Shown: piece after piece, positions 25,625 through 35,145 of the stretch
How the letters are laid out: each line of letters opens with the position of its first letter
Position numbering within the stretch: the first letter of the stretch is position 1
Virus record (IMG/VR): IMGVR_UViG_3300036651_001908
Span: 1-64,000 of that record
Origin: a virus
Length of the DNA: 64,000 nucleotides
Direction: 5' to 3' (one strand)
Position numbers and translations under genes: made by a program
The notes under the pieces: generated by a model
The model's input: the letters and a program-made list of their open reading frames with translations, nothing else
The model's database searches: none
What the model was told of the DNA's origin: nothing

Positions 25625-26488
25625 CTATAGTACGCCGCTCGGTTCCTCAGCGCTACGGGCACCTGCCTGCATGAGTGGGTTGAACTTCCGGCAGGCATGC
25701 TTCACGTTGCAGAAGTGGCACTCGCTGAAGTCCCGGCGCGGGGAGGTGTCACCCCTCCAGATGTCGCTCGCCATCCCGGAGATTCGCTGGAGCATCTGGC
25801 GACGCCAGTCGTCGCTGATCACGAACTCCTTCACCCGCTCCCGGCACAGCGGCTGGAGGAGGGCCACACCGGTGGTCTTCTCCCCGAACAGCATCCGCAC
25901 GCTCAGGTCGTAGAAGGTGAGTTGGGCGACGGTCTTCTTCCAGTAGTTGTCGTCGGTGGTGTGCTTCACGTCGTAGACCCAGAACTGGTCCTTGTCGTCC
26001 TGGACCAAGATGTCCATCCGGCCGATGATGCGCACCTGCTCCTGGCCACCAGCGGGGTGGGGTAGAGACAGCGGGGCGTCGAAGGAGAAGTCCGGGGTGT
26101 ACCGGTAAGGGACGACGCGCTCCAGCAGGCTGGGCTCGATCTTCCGGAGGGCGTCCTCGACCCCACGGTGCACCTCGCTGCGGTCGCTGGGGTTGCGCCA
26201 GCGCATGGGCCCTTCGGCTTCCATCTCGACCTTCGTCTTGTCGATGAAGGTCGCGACCATGTCCGGCATCTCACCTACGTGGGAGAGCGGGTCGTTCTCC
26301 AGCCAGTAGCGCACGACGCGGTCGGTGACGTTGCCTGGGAAGAAGATCCTCTGGTCCGAGAGTGATCCCTTACGGCCTGCTCTCTGCAAATACCCACGTT
26401 GTTTGCAGGTTTCATGAGTTCGGAGGCTGCTCCAACTGATCTTGATCAAAAGGCGTCCACATCTCACGCACCTTTTGGGTGCGGCCAT
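25625..26488 (-). CDS. Cas4/RecB-family PD-(D/E)xK exonuclease
   Basis: ISWSSL..H..C; GRMDIL...YDVKH...QLTFY; C-terminal CHFCNVKHAC. Confidence 0.85.
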   Translation of the reverse strand: MAAPKRCVRCGRLLIKISWSSLRTHETCKQRGYLQRAGRKGSLSDQRIFFPGNVTDRVVRYWLENDPLSHVGEMPDMVATFIDKTKVEMEAEGPMRWRNPSDRSEVHRGVEDALRKIEPSLLERVVPYRYTPDFSFDAPLSLPHPAGGQEQVRIIGRMDILVQDDKDQFWVYDVKHTTDDNYWKKTVAQLTFYDLSVRMLFGEKTTGVALLQPLCRERVKEFVISDDWRRQMLQRISGMASDIWRGDTSPRRDFSECHFCNVKHACRKFNPLMQAGARSAEEPSGVL

Positions 26489-26489
26489 G

Positions 26490-26852
26490 TCACGCTATTT
26501 TCTGTGCACGGCCTGTGCGACGGGTGCGACGTGACCGAACTCGAAGGCGCAACTCTCGATACATCATGGCGGCTTCTCCGGACTCCAACAATCCGTTGTC
26601 GAAGAAGAAGCCTCCCCTCATACCCTCGACATGTCGATCGTTGAGTGCATCGTGCAGGCAAGCCATGCGAACTGGGCAGTCCTCACAGATCATCCGGGCG
26701 CGCTCGGAGAAGAGATTGTGTTGCTGAATCCAGGCCTCCGCCATTAGAGGCTCGTCGGCCACCACCGCGGAGCAGTCCGCCCTATCACGCCACTCAGCCT
26801 TCACGTCGGCAACAGTGGGGTCGTCGTGGTAGAAGGTCATGTCGGTGGTCAT
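26490..26852 (-). CDS. WhiB-family transcription factor
   Basis: WRDRADC...ARMICEDCPVRMACL...GMRGG. Confidence 0.88.
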   Translation of the reverse strand: MTTDMTFYHDDPTVADVKAEWRDRADCSAVVADEPLMAEAWIQQHNLFSERARMICEDCPVRMACLHDALNDRHVEGMRGGFFFDNGLLESGEAAMMYRELRLRVRSRRTRRTGRAQKIA

Positions 26853-27115
26853 GCCGCCACCACCTGTGGCTTGCAGCCGCAGAACACGGGGAACGCGTAG
26901 CCCACGACGTAGTCGAGCCCCCGCGTTAGAAAGTCCTGCGCTAGAACGGCGGACACCGCTTTCGTCAGGTTCCCGACACAGATCCAGTCTTCGCTGGGAT
27001 CTTCCCTAACGAGAACGTACCACTCGCGATCATCCATGTCCCTACTATCACATGCGGACGGGTAAAAGAACACCCCTTGCCAGAATTTTCCTGCCAATCT
27101 GCTGGCAATGGTCAT
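26849..27115 (-). CDS. Hypothetical protein
   Basis: ATGA-coupled. Confidence 0.55.
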   Translation of the reverse strand: MTIASRLAGKFWQGVFFYPSACDSRDMDDREWYVLVREDPSEDWICVGNLTKAVSAVLAQDFLTRGLDYVVGYAFPVFCGCKPQVVAA

Positions 27116-27582
27116 GGCTCGACCCCGTAGTCCTTCGCGATGGCGTCCAGTTCATCGGCGTTCCGCGGGTTGACCATGAGGCAGAGTTGCATGAGCGAGG
27201 TCTTCTTCACTCGATCGATGATGTCCTTCGCGGTCTCACGGGCGATGTCTCGCCCGGCATGCGGGGTCACCGTGCATGGCTCGGCCAGTGGCTTCCACGA
27301 GATGATCTTCTCCTTGGGGGTCGCTCCGAGACGGGCACCCCCATCAACACTGACCCAGCCGATACCGGTGAGGATCAGCGTCTGTCGCACGGAGTCATTG
27401 ATCCGGGCCACCCTCGCTTCAATGACGGTGAACAACTCGGTGGGGAGTGGGGGCACCGGATCCTTGAGGACCCACCGCTGAGTGGTGCCGTCAGGTCTCA
27501 CGTGCACCACGTACTCGGGTGCACCTTCGATGGAAGCCACTTCCAGCCAACCCTCACCAGGTGGTGTGAAGTCGTCGGCCAT
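27112..27582 (-). CDS. Hypothetical protein
   Basis: RBS GGAGG; TGATG coupling. Confidence 0.7.
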   Translation of the reverse strand: MADDFTPPGEGWLEVASIEGAPEYVVHVRPDGTTQRWVLKDPVPPLPTELFTVIEARVARINDSVRQTLILTGIGWVSVDGGARLGATPKEKIISWKPLAEPCTVTPHAGRDIARETAKDIIDRVKKTSLMQLCLMVNPRNADELDAIAKDYGVEP

Positions 27583-27824
27583 CAGATCGCCTCCAGTTCT
27601 TCTTCGTCCACGTCCCACCACTCGCCATCTTCAACCCGGCAGATGCCGCCAGCGTCGGAGTAGTCGGGCTTCACCTTGTTCTCGAACTCGAAGATCGAGA
27701 AGTCGATGATGGTGTTGAGCAGCAACTTCGCCGTCTTGAGGTCGTTGTCTGGCACGATCACCTCGAAGGCCTCCATCGGGACCTGAGGGATGTACCAGAC
27801 CTTGAGGGCGCCCTCGGTCTCCAT
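27582..27824 (-). CDS. P22 gp17-like protein
   Basis: LKVWYIPQVPM.AF.V...F.FEN.VKPDYS.AGG closely resembles P22 gp17 (LRVWHIPQVPM...KPDY) as I recall it. Confidence 0.75.
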   Translation of the reverse strand: METEGALKVWYIPQVPMEAFEVIVPDNDLKTAKLLLNTIIDFSIFEFENKVKPDYSDAGGICRVEDGEWWDVDEEELEAI

Positions 27825-28171
27825 CAGTTCGCCTTCTTCACGCTCAGGGCACGGGAGGCCGGGACGGTGAAGCCGTCGCGCACGTCGGCGTCCAGCGTGC
27901 TGGGGTCGATCTTGTGGGCGTAGAACTTCCGGTTCGCCAGGTCGCTGTAGGGCAGCGATGCCTCCGCCATGTCAGCGTCGAACTTCGTCTTGTCCTGGAT
28001 CGTGACGACGACATCGCCGTAGATGTAGGCGCCAGCCTTCTTGGTGGCGTGGGCGTCCTTGATCATCTCGTTCAGAACCTTGTGTCGGGCCTGCAACTTC
28101 TTGATCCCTGCATCGATCTTGGCGTACTCATCGACTTCGGCCTGGGTGAGCCCGTTGGGCAGATCAGCCAT
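27824..28171 (-). CDS. Hypothetical protein
   Basis: RBS GAGGAGG; MADLPNG... Confidence 0.75.
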   Translation of the reverse strand: MADLPNGLTQAEVDEYAKIDAGIKKLQARHKVLNEMIKDAHATKKAGAYIYGDVVVTIQDKTKFDADMAEASLPYSDLANRKFYAHKIDPSTLDADVRDGFTVPASRALSVKKAN

Positions 28172-28231
28172 GTTGTCCTCCTCGGTTGGTGGTACCCGTA
28201 GCATATAGCAGCCGCGCCGATAGTACAAGAC

Positions 28232-28990
28232 GTGACCAACTTCGCTCTGGGCAAGGCCCCCGCCCGCAAGAACTCGATCCTGCTGTGGCTGGACAACTAC
28301 ATCCACTTCGGTGATCTGCCCGTGGCTCCGCGTGAGTTCGGCCAGCAGGCTCTCGTGACCGACTGGGGCATGCTGGGCAACGACAACTACGGCGACTGCG
28401 TCTGGGCCGGTGCCGCGCACGAGACGATGCTGTGGAACGCCGAAGCGGGCAGCAAGGTGACTTTCGCGGATGACGCCGTGCTCAGCGACTACTCGGCGGT
28501 CACCGGGTTCGACCCGAGCGACCCGTCCACGGACCAGGGCACCGACATGCAGAAAGCCGCTGCCTACCGGCAGAAGACCGGTGTGCTGGATGCCTTCGGC
28601 CACCGGCACACGGTGGAGGCCTACGTCGCGCTGAAGAAGCGCTCCCTGGACTGGATCACCAGGGCTGCCTACGCCTTCGGTGCTGTCGGCGTCGGCATCC
28701 GGTTCCCCTCCACCGCGATGGCCCAGTTCAACGCTGGCAAGCCGTGGTCCTACGTGCCGTTCTCCACCGTCGAAGGCGGCCACTACGTGCCGATCGTCGG
28801 CCGTCTCGCGAATGGCAACCTGCTCTGTGTGACCTGGGGCCAGATCCAGGAGATGACGCCGACGTTCTTCTGGAAGTACAACGACGAGAACGTGGCGTAT
28901 CTCAGCCTGGAGGCCCTGAAGAACTCGGAGAACCTGCTCGGGCTGAACGTCCGGCAGTTGGAAGCCGACCTCCGGGCGCTGAGGCGCTAG
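28232..28990 (+). CDS. Papain-like (C1-type) cysteine peptidase
   Basis: MLGND.YGDCVWAG (catalytic Cys), GGHYVP (His), TWG; CCGATAGT-N7-GTG. Confidence 0.8.
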   Translation: MTNFALGKAPARKNSILLWLDNYIHFGDLPVAPREFGQQALVTDWGMLGNDNYGDCVWAGAAHETMLWNAEAGSKVTFADDAVLSDYSAVTGFDPSDPSTDQGTDMQKAAAYRQKTGVLDAFGHRHTVEAYVALKKRSLDWITRAAYAFGAVGVGIRFPSTAMAQFNAGKPWSYVPFSTVEGGHYVPIVGRLANGNLLCVTWGQIQEMTPTFFWKYNDENVAYLSLEALKNSENLLGLNVRQLEADLRALRR

Positions 28991-29688
28991 CGGCGCTTGA
29001 ACCGCTTGGGCTTGGCCACCGGGGCAGAAACAACTTCTTCCTGCGGTGCGTTCAGGTCGGCGTTCACGTGAGCGTTCTTCCGGTCGGTGTCGCTGAACGC
29101 GTAGACACCTCCGGCGCGCACGGTGCTCATGGCGGAGGCCGCAGCCATGAACGACGCGCTCACCCCAGCGGAGTTGGCGTCGTACGTGAGGCTCTGGGCC
29201 ACAGGAACACCCATGCCACGCCCCACGCTCACCGCGTCCATGTTCGCGCCCAGGAACGTGAACGTCCAGTCGTACATCGACTGCTGGTGCTCGACCATCT
29301 TCTTGATCTGGGGCTGAGTGAACTCGTGGCTGGAGTTCTCCATCCCGTCGGTGACGACGGCGATGATGACCGTGCCAGGGCGACGAGCCTCGGCCATGCT
29401 GGCGAACTTCAGGCCCATGGTGTTGATCACGGTGCCCATGGCATCCAGCAGGGCCGTGCTGCCGCGGGGGCTGAGGAGCGGCGGGCGGATGCGCCAGCGC
29501 ATGGCGTCCTCGTACGGGTGCTCCACCTGCCCGTCGAAGGTGAAGACATCGATCAGCAACTTGCCCGGCTGCTCTGCCTGGGCGTCGAGGAGTTGCTGGA
29601 TGGCGGGCTCCATGTCGGAGCGGAGGCTGTGCATCGAACCGCTGCGGTCGAGCACCAGCGTTAGATGGCAGTAGGTCTCATCGGGCAT
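28987..29688 (-). CDS. von Willebrand factor A domain protein
   Basis: LDRSGSM (MIDAS), G.TALLDA, TDGMENSS, FLGAN.DA. Confidence 0.9.
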   Translation of the reverse strand: MPDETYCHLTLVLDRSGSMHSLRSDMEPAIQQLLDAQAEQPGKLLIDVFTFDGQVEHPYEDAMRWRIRPPLLSPRGSTALLDAMGTVINTMGLKFASMAEARRPGTVIIAVVTDGMENSSHEFTQPQIKKMVEHQQSMYDWTFTFLGANMDAVSVGRGMGVPVAQSLTYDANSAGVSASFMAAASAMSTVRAGGVYAFSDTDRKNAHVNADLNAPQEEVVSAPVAKPKRFKRR

Positions 29689-30023
29689 GGGGAGACCATA
29701 GCGTATCTAGGACCCCTCCGCTACTGGCGCTCGGGCCAGATGAGGTGTATGGTCCCGTCTTGCCGCGAGGCGGGGCCGGGTCGCGAGACCCACTACGACG
29801 AAGCGACCGAAGGCTTATGGCCGGGATATGCGCAACTCCTATACCACAGGATAAAGCCTACTATCCCCCCTGTTCGATTCCCATCTTCATCCCGAAGAGG
29901 GCAGCCTGAGGGAGTGAGAAGTAGTTGTCTCTTACTGCCATGTTTGGGGTAAGGGGCCAACTACAACTCGCTCTCTCAGCAGTTCTCAAACCCTCTTCAT
30001 CCCCACCACCAGAGGAGAAAAGA

Positions 30024-30185
30024 ATGCATATTCCTTCCCCACAGGAAATCGAAGATTCACGTACTCTAAAGGGTGGGTGGAAAAGGGACTCTCTAAAGGA
30101 ATGGGGAATTCCATGGCCCCCACCCAGTGGCTGGCGAGAGTTGCTTCAGAGGCGCTACAACGCAACATCGGTGCGTGAGCGATGA
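30024..30185 (+). CDS. Small Trp/Pro-rich protein
   Basis: T.KGGW....LKEWGIPWPPPSGW; RBS GAGGAG; AT-richer codon usage. Confidence 0.65.
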   Translation: MHIPSPQEIEDSRTLKGGWKRDSLKEWGIPWPPPSGWRELLQRRYNATSVRER

Positions 30186-30850
30186 CACCTTCGGAATCAG
30201 TTGTCCTCCCCGACCTCCAGGATCTAGAGACTCGCTTCCGCTTCCGCCGTCGGCAACTCGACCAGGAGGCCGGGGTCATCGCCTCACTCCAGAAGCGGAT
30301 CACCGACCTCGATGCCGAGATGGCCACGCTGGAGCACCAGGCCGTCGTGCTGGAGCAGACGACCGCCCTGCTGAACTCCCTCGGGGAGGAGCGCCAAGCG
30401 GTGGCGCAGACCACGATCGAGGATCTGGTCACCCAGGGGTTGCAGTCGATCTTCGATCCGACGCTGTCGTTCCACATCGCCACCACCGTGAAGGGCAAGA
30501 CCACCACCGTCGAGTTCTTCGTCAAGACCACCCTGGCCAGCGGGTCGATCGAGACCCCGGTCATCGACGCCCGTGGCGGCGGCCTGGTGGCCGTCATCTC
30601 GTTCCTGCTGCGGCTGACCGTCCTGCTGCTCCAGCGGGGCCGGGGTGACCACCTGCTCGTGCTGGACGAGTCGTTCGCCATGGTGAGCGAGGACTACCTG
30701 GACAACGTCGGCTCGTTCCTGAAGCAACTCGTGGAGCGCACAGGGGTGCAGATCATCATGGTGACGCACCAGCAGACCCTTGTGGAGTATGCGGATGTAG
30801 TATACCGTTTCTCGTTAGAGGACGGCGAGACGAAGGTGAGGACAGAATGA
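30182..30850 (+). CDS. SbcC/Rad50-like ABC ATPase, C-terminal half
   Basis: Coiled coil, signature-like RGGG, Walker B LLVLDE, H-loop MVTH; no Walker A. Confidence 0.8.
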   Translation: MTPSESVVLPDLQDLETRFRFRRRQLDQEAGVIASLQKRITDLDAEMATLEHQAVVLEQTTALLNSLGEERQAVAQTTIEDLVTQGLQSIFDPTLSFHIATTVKGKTTTVEFFVKTTLASGSIETPVIDARGGGLVAVISFLLRLTVLLLQRGRGDHLLVLDESFAMVSEDYLDNVGSFLKQLVERTGVQIIMVTHQQTLVEYADVVYRFSLEDGETKVRTE

Positions 30851-30971
30851 CCGACGGCAACGACATCAAGAAGTACGCGGAGCGCGGCTGCCCGAAGGCG
30901 GAGGACGGCATCCACGTGTGGTCCGAGCAGGACAACGGCACCAAGCAGTGTGACCTGTGCGGAGCGCTTGA

Positions 30972-31214
30972 GTGAAGACCCTGAAGATCTGGTACCGGGC
31001 GCTGCTGCCCGACGGCAGGGTGTGGTGCGAGTCCGCCAGCGAGCGGGAGTGCGTGGATCAGGGGGCGCTGAGTGTTCAGCCCGTGCACTACGAGCAGATG
31101 CACGTCATGGTCGTGGACGGACCGTGGGAGCCCTACACCCCATCCGAGGTCTTGCTGAAGGAAGCGGAGGAGTTCGCTCGACTCCGCCAGGAAGAACTGG
31201 AGATGGAAGAATGA
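30972..31214 (+). CDS. Hypothetical protein
   Basis: WYRALLPDG.VWCES motif. Confidence 0.65.
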   Translation: MKTLKIWYRALLPDGRVWCESASERECVDQGALSVQPVHYEQMHVMVVDGPWEPYTPSEVLLKEAEEFARLRQEELEMEE

Positions 31215-31462
31215 AACCACTGAAGCAGCAACTGACGCCCCGGAAGCCGAAGCCCGACGACAGCCTCTACACCCCGGCGTATGCCATCGGTGTGGCTGAC
31301 ACGGAGCCGATCGATCACCCCGAGTTCGGCTCGGCCGAGATTCGGATCTGGCACAACGAGAAGCAGTCCACGACCCTGCACCTGAGCCAGTCCGATGCGC
31401 AGGCTCTAGCGGCGAAACTGAACGCCTACCTCAGCCGCAAGCGGGGCGGGTACCTCGCATGA
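31211..31462 (+). CDS. Hypothetical protein
   Basis: ATGA coupling. Confidence 0.6.
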   Translation: MKPLKQQLTPRKPKPDDSLYTPAYAIGVADTEPIDHPEFGSAEIRIWHNEKQSTTLHLSQSDAQALAAKLNAYLSRKRGGYLA

Positions 31463-31686
31463 TGTACCCGGACGACCTCCGCGCGGCGCTGGCCTTCCTC
31501 GACTGGCTGAACGACAACCACTCGCACAACACCACCGCAGCCAGCGAGAAGTTGAAGTCAGACGACACCCTCTGGACCTACGCCGGACGGATTCAGATCG
31601 TGAACCCCGAGCATGGGAACGCGGTGGGTTGGGCCGTCTGGCATGGTGATGGGTTCTGGTGGTTCGAGCCACCGAGGGAGAAGTAA
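31459..31686 (+). CDS. Hypothetical protein
   Basis: ATGA coupling. Confidence 0.6.
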   Translation: MMYPDDLRAALAFLDWLNDNHSHNTTAASEKLKSDDTLWTYAGRIQIVNPEHGNAVGWAVWHGDGFWWFEPPREK

Positions 31687-31904
31687 TGCCGCATCCTGAT
31701 TTCGATCCGAAGACGATGAAGATCGTGGACCGGCTCACCGAGCGGGAGATTCCCATCTCGCCGGGGTCGCTCTACGCCCTGCGAGCGTCCGCGAAACTCC
31801 ACCTCATCTCTCAGGTGGTGTGGCAGATGAAGGACGACCCGGAGTCGTCGGGCTGGGCCGAGGACATCACCGAGATTCTGGAGAAGGTGGACTGGTATGA
31901 GTAA
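31686..31904 (+). CDS. Hypothetical protein
   Basis: TAATG coupling. Confidence 0.6.
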   Translation: MPHPDFDPKTMKIVDRLTEREIPISPGSLYALRASAKLHLISQVVWQMKDDPESSGWAEDITEILEKVDWYE

Positions 31905-32169
31905 GCCCCTGACCTTGATTCAGCGAATTCAAGCCTGCTGGCATGAGTAGCGCGTTCGGGTATCTCCGCCAGACCTCGGAGCCGAGCATCCAGTGGCGTG
32001 CCCGCCTGCCGGTCACCTTCCGGGTGAGGGAGGCGGAGGGTGGCTTCTACCGCATCCAGATCCGTCTCGGCAGCGGCCACCTGATCGATCAGAGCGTCAA
32101 GGTGATCGACGGCGTGATGGAGGTCACCGTGTCAGAGGACGCGGTGACCATGGGTAGAGGGCAGTTCGA

Positions 32170-33288
32170 ATGACTGAGCCGCTAGCGCTGAAGTACCGGC
32201 CTACCAACTTCGAGGACATCGTCGGCCAGCGCCTCACTGCCGTCGTCCTCGCGCAGATGGTGAAGACCGGCTCAGTGCCAGCGGGCCTCCTGTTCTCCGG
32301 GCCGTCTGGGAGTGGCAAGACCACCGCGGCCCGGATCCTCGCATCCGCCCTCACCGACGCCGAACTCGGCTACATCGAGGTGGACGCCGCCAGCAACGGT
32401 GGGGTGGACGCCGTCCGGACGATGATCGACTCTCTACGGTTCGGCACCGGCGAGCCTCGCGTCATCGCATACGACGAAGCCCAGTCGATGAGCCGGGAGG
32501 CGTACAACGCTCTCCTGAAGACGCTGGAGGAACCACCGCCCGGCGTGCACTTCATCCTGATCACCACCGAGCCGGAGAAGATCCCGGAGACGGTGAAGAC
32601 CAGGGTGATGGAGTTCGAGTTCCAGCGCATCCCCACCGAGGCGATCTTCGACCGGATGGTGCAGGTCGTCACCGCCGAGAAGATCAACATCACCGGTGAC
32701 CTGCTCCGGCTGCTCACCCACCGGGCGCAGGGCAACCTGCGCACCGCGCTGACCCTGCTGGACCAGGTGTGGCGTGCCGGAATTGGCACAGTTGAGTCAT
32801 TTCTGGACCTCCTCGGAGAAGAAGATTTTGCTCCGGCGCTCATCGCAGCGAGTGCCAACGGCGACTTGGAGCAGGTGTTCATCGCCTTCGAAACCCAGAT
32901 GGCGCGTGGGGGCAACCCCGGCGTGATCGTGAGTGGGCTGGTGCACTGCTTCCGGGATGTGCTGGTGCTGCGCTCCGGGGGCAAGATCGCCACCACCGGG
33001 CCCGGTCTGGAGGCCCGGATGGAACTGGCCACTAGGCTCGGCCCAGACCGGATCGTCTCCGTGATCAAGTTGCTCTGGGATCTTCGTACCCGTGTCCGCG
33101 CCAGCGACGATCCGGTCTCCAACGTAGAACTCGTTCTCGTGCTGATGACCGACATGTTCGCGCGTGGCAAGGCCGCCGCGCCGCCGATAGTTCATGCTGT
33201 CAAGCCCGTTACCGCGTCGATCCCCGTGCAGGCTCCGCAGCGTCCTTTGACACCGGAAGAACTTCGTCAACGTTTGGCTGGTCGCTGA
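32170..33288 (+). CDS. dnaX: DNA polymerase III clamp loader gamma/tau subunit
   Basis: LALKYRP.NFEDIVGQ, GPSGSGKTT, EVDAASN.GVD, DEAQ, NALLKTLEEPP. Confidence 0.95.
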   Translation: MTEPLALKYRPTNFEDIVGQRLTAVVLAQMVKTGSVPAGLLFSGPSGSGKTTAARILASALTDAELGYIEVDAASNGGVDAVRTMIDSLRFGTGEPRVIAYDEAQSMSREAYNALLKTLEEPPPGVHFILITTEPEKIPETVKTRVMEFEFQRIPTEAIFDRMVQVVTAEKINITGDLLRLLTHRAQGNLRTALTLLDQVWRAGIGTVESFLDLLGEEDFAPALIAASANGDLEQVFIAFETQMARGGNPGVIVSGLVHCFRDVLVLRSGGKIATTGPGLEARMELATRLGPDRIVSVIKLLWDLRTRVRASDDPVSNVELVLVLMTDMFARGKAAAPPIVHAVKPVTASIPVQAPQRPLTPEELRQRLAGR

Positions 33289-33289
33289 T

Positions 33290-33538
33290 ATGTGGATTCT
33301 GCTTATGCTCGCTGCGATGGTGCTGCCTGAGGCGGGGGTCCTTCTGGCCGCCTGGCTACTTCACCGACGACGAGTGCGGCGGGGTCTCCAGGCCGTGTAC
33401 TCCCTAGCGGCGGAGTTGGTCAGCCACTGCATGCACTGTGGCCGCATGGTCCGCCAGGGCATCGGCTACTGCGACGTGGTCTGCCGACACGGCTACGAGC
33501 GACGATTCAGTTCGTCGCACTGGACAGACTCGGATTAG
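33290..33538 (+). CDS. Small membrane protein with Cys cluster
   Basis: N-terminal TM segment; CMHC...YCDVVC. Confidence 0.5.
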   Translation: MWILLMLAAMVLPEAGVLLAAWLLHRRRVRRGLQAVYSLAAELVSHCMHCGRMVRQGIGYCDVVCRHGYERRFSSSHWTDSD

Positions 33539-33584
33539 GTGTGCTATAGTCCAGACAGGTCCTCGTGGTGGTGGGCTGTCTCCT

Positions 33585-33622
33585 AAGAAGGCCCCGGGTA
33601 GTCCTTTCCCCGGGGCCTTCTT
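33585..33622. terminator. Stem-loop separating the replication and virion modules
   Basis: AAGAAGGCCCCGG...CCGGGGCCTTCTT. Confidence 0.75.
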
Positions 33623-33667
33623 CGTGCCTGCCGATAGTTGTGGTAAAGGCTTCGGAGGCGAATCGCC

Positions 33668-33958
33668 ATGACTACTTGGCCCCCCAGTATCCATCAGGAC
33701 GTGACGGATACCATCAACTCACTACTGACCCTTGCTCCAGGGTCCGCAGCGGTCGGTTCCGTGCCGGTGGTGAGCAGCACGGGCGTCGTCACGTATGGCA
33801 TCCCGGCCACGTCGGGCTTCATCTTCTACGACCCCACCGGGGGTTGGCCGTCCTCACCGAGCGTGGGCAAGTTGGTCTTCTACTCGGTCGGCTACCCGTC
33901 GGCTCCGGCGCCCACGACCGGATCGAATGACTCGGTCTGGTTCTTCTCTCCCTCATGA
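33668..33958 (+). CDS. Small putative virion protein
   Basis: CCGATAGT at 33631; RBS GGAGG; S/T/P/G-rich. Confidence 0.7.
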   Translation: MTTWPPSIHQDVTDTINSLLTLAPGSAAVGSVPVVSSTGVVTYGIPATSGFIFYDPTGGWPSSPSVGKLVFYSVGYPSAPAPTTGSNDSVWFFSPS

Positions 33959-35136
33959 CCACCGCTGCGGTTGCTCGACTTCTGGCAGGCACGTGGACGA
34001 CAGTTCTGGGTACCGGGACGCCAGTCACCCCGCCTCCCTCGGGTCCGCCTCCCTACACGCAGGACTCTGGTCTGGGCACGAACGGCGGACTGGAGCCCAC
34101 GGGCTACACCAGTTACTCCTCGCTGTCCGGAGCGACGATCGTGCAGCGGCTCACCGCGGCAGGCACCCACGTCATGTCGGTGGGCCCTGGCACCTACACG
34201 CTGGCGGGCTTCTCCTCCAACGCCTACGACAGCAATCACGTCGCCACGTCTGCGGGGTTCATTGGCGCGGGGTCGTCAAAGACGTTCCTGACGATGGCGG
34301 CCGGTTCTTCCAGTGGGGCGGCCTTCACTTCCAACACTAATCCGTACACGGCGCTGCGGTTCAACACCGATCCCGGTGGTTTCTTGGAGGACTTCACCTT
34401 CACTGCGACCGCGCAGTCAGTCTCGGACAACTCCGGCAGCAGCCACAATGCCAATAACACCTACAACGGCATCTCCATTGTGGCATCCGACTGGACGATC
34501 CGGCGGATCAAGGTCCTGGGTGTTCCCGGCACCTATTCTGCCCCTCCTGGTGAGACGTTCCCGCTGAATCTCTTCAAGGCCTACGGAACCATTCTCATCG
34601 AAGATGTCGAAATCGATGGACAGGGTGCCTCGGCATCCAACCTCGGGGTCAACGGTACAGGTACGAGTGCCACGGTTGGTACCACGAACATGACGGTCAA
34701 CCGGATGTACTCGCATAACAACCCGTATTCGGGGGGTATTGCGCTGTGGGAGTCGAAGGGCTCCTTCACCTTCAACGACTGCACATTCGACATGTGCCGC
34801 TGCTTCTGGAACATCGAGCGCATGACTGGAACGGTAGACCTGTACCGGCCTCGCATTGGCACCCTGCATACGTTGGGTGCGGCAGTCACCGGCATCTTCT
34901 GTGAGGCGGATGCTACGTGGGGTGCAACCGATGCGAAGAACTTCCGGTTCAACATCCACGACCCCCGCAACCTGGATGACACTCCGTACACCGGTTCGCC
35001 CATCTCGGTTCTTTACGGATCAGCCAATGATGGGGGCACGAACTACTACGGTCGTTCGAACTTCCGGTGCTACAACGCATCTGGGACGGACATCTCCTCT
35101 TCGTTCTACTCCACCGGTGGAAACCCCTACAACTAG
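33955..35136 (+). CDS. Right-handed beta-helix (pectin-lyase-like) protein, possible depolymerase or receptor-binding protein
   Basis: VGPGTYTL, GFIGAGSSKT, IEDVEIDG and repeated beta-helix rungs. Confidence 0.7.
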   Translation: MTTAAVARLLAGTWTTVLGTGTPVTPPPSGPPPYTQDSGLGTNGGLEPTGYTSYSSLSGATIVQRLTAAGTHVMSVGPGTYTLAGFSSNAYDSNHVATSAGFIGAGSSKTFLTMAAGSSSGAAFTSNTNPYTALRFNTDPGGFLEDFTFTATAQSVSDNSGSSHNANNTYNGISIVASDWTIRRIKVLGVPGTYSAPPGETFPLNLFKAYGTILIEDVEIDGQGASASNLGVNGTGTSATVGTTNMTVNRMYSHNNPYSGGIALWESKGSFTFNDCTFDMCRCFWNIERMTGTVDLYRPRIGTLHTLGAAVTGIFCEADATWGATDAKNFRFNIHDPRNLDDTPYTGSPISVLYGSANDGGTNYYGRSNFRCYNASGTDISSSFYSTGGNPYN

Positions 35137-35145
35137 GAATAGATC

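Noticed and set aside
25625-26488. Cas4-like gene as evidence of CRISPR-Cas
   Set aside because: Solo Cas4/RecB-like exonucleases are routine in actinophage replication regions, and there is no cas1 or cas2 nearby.
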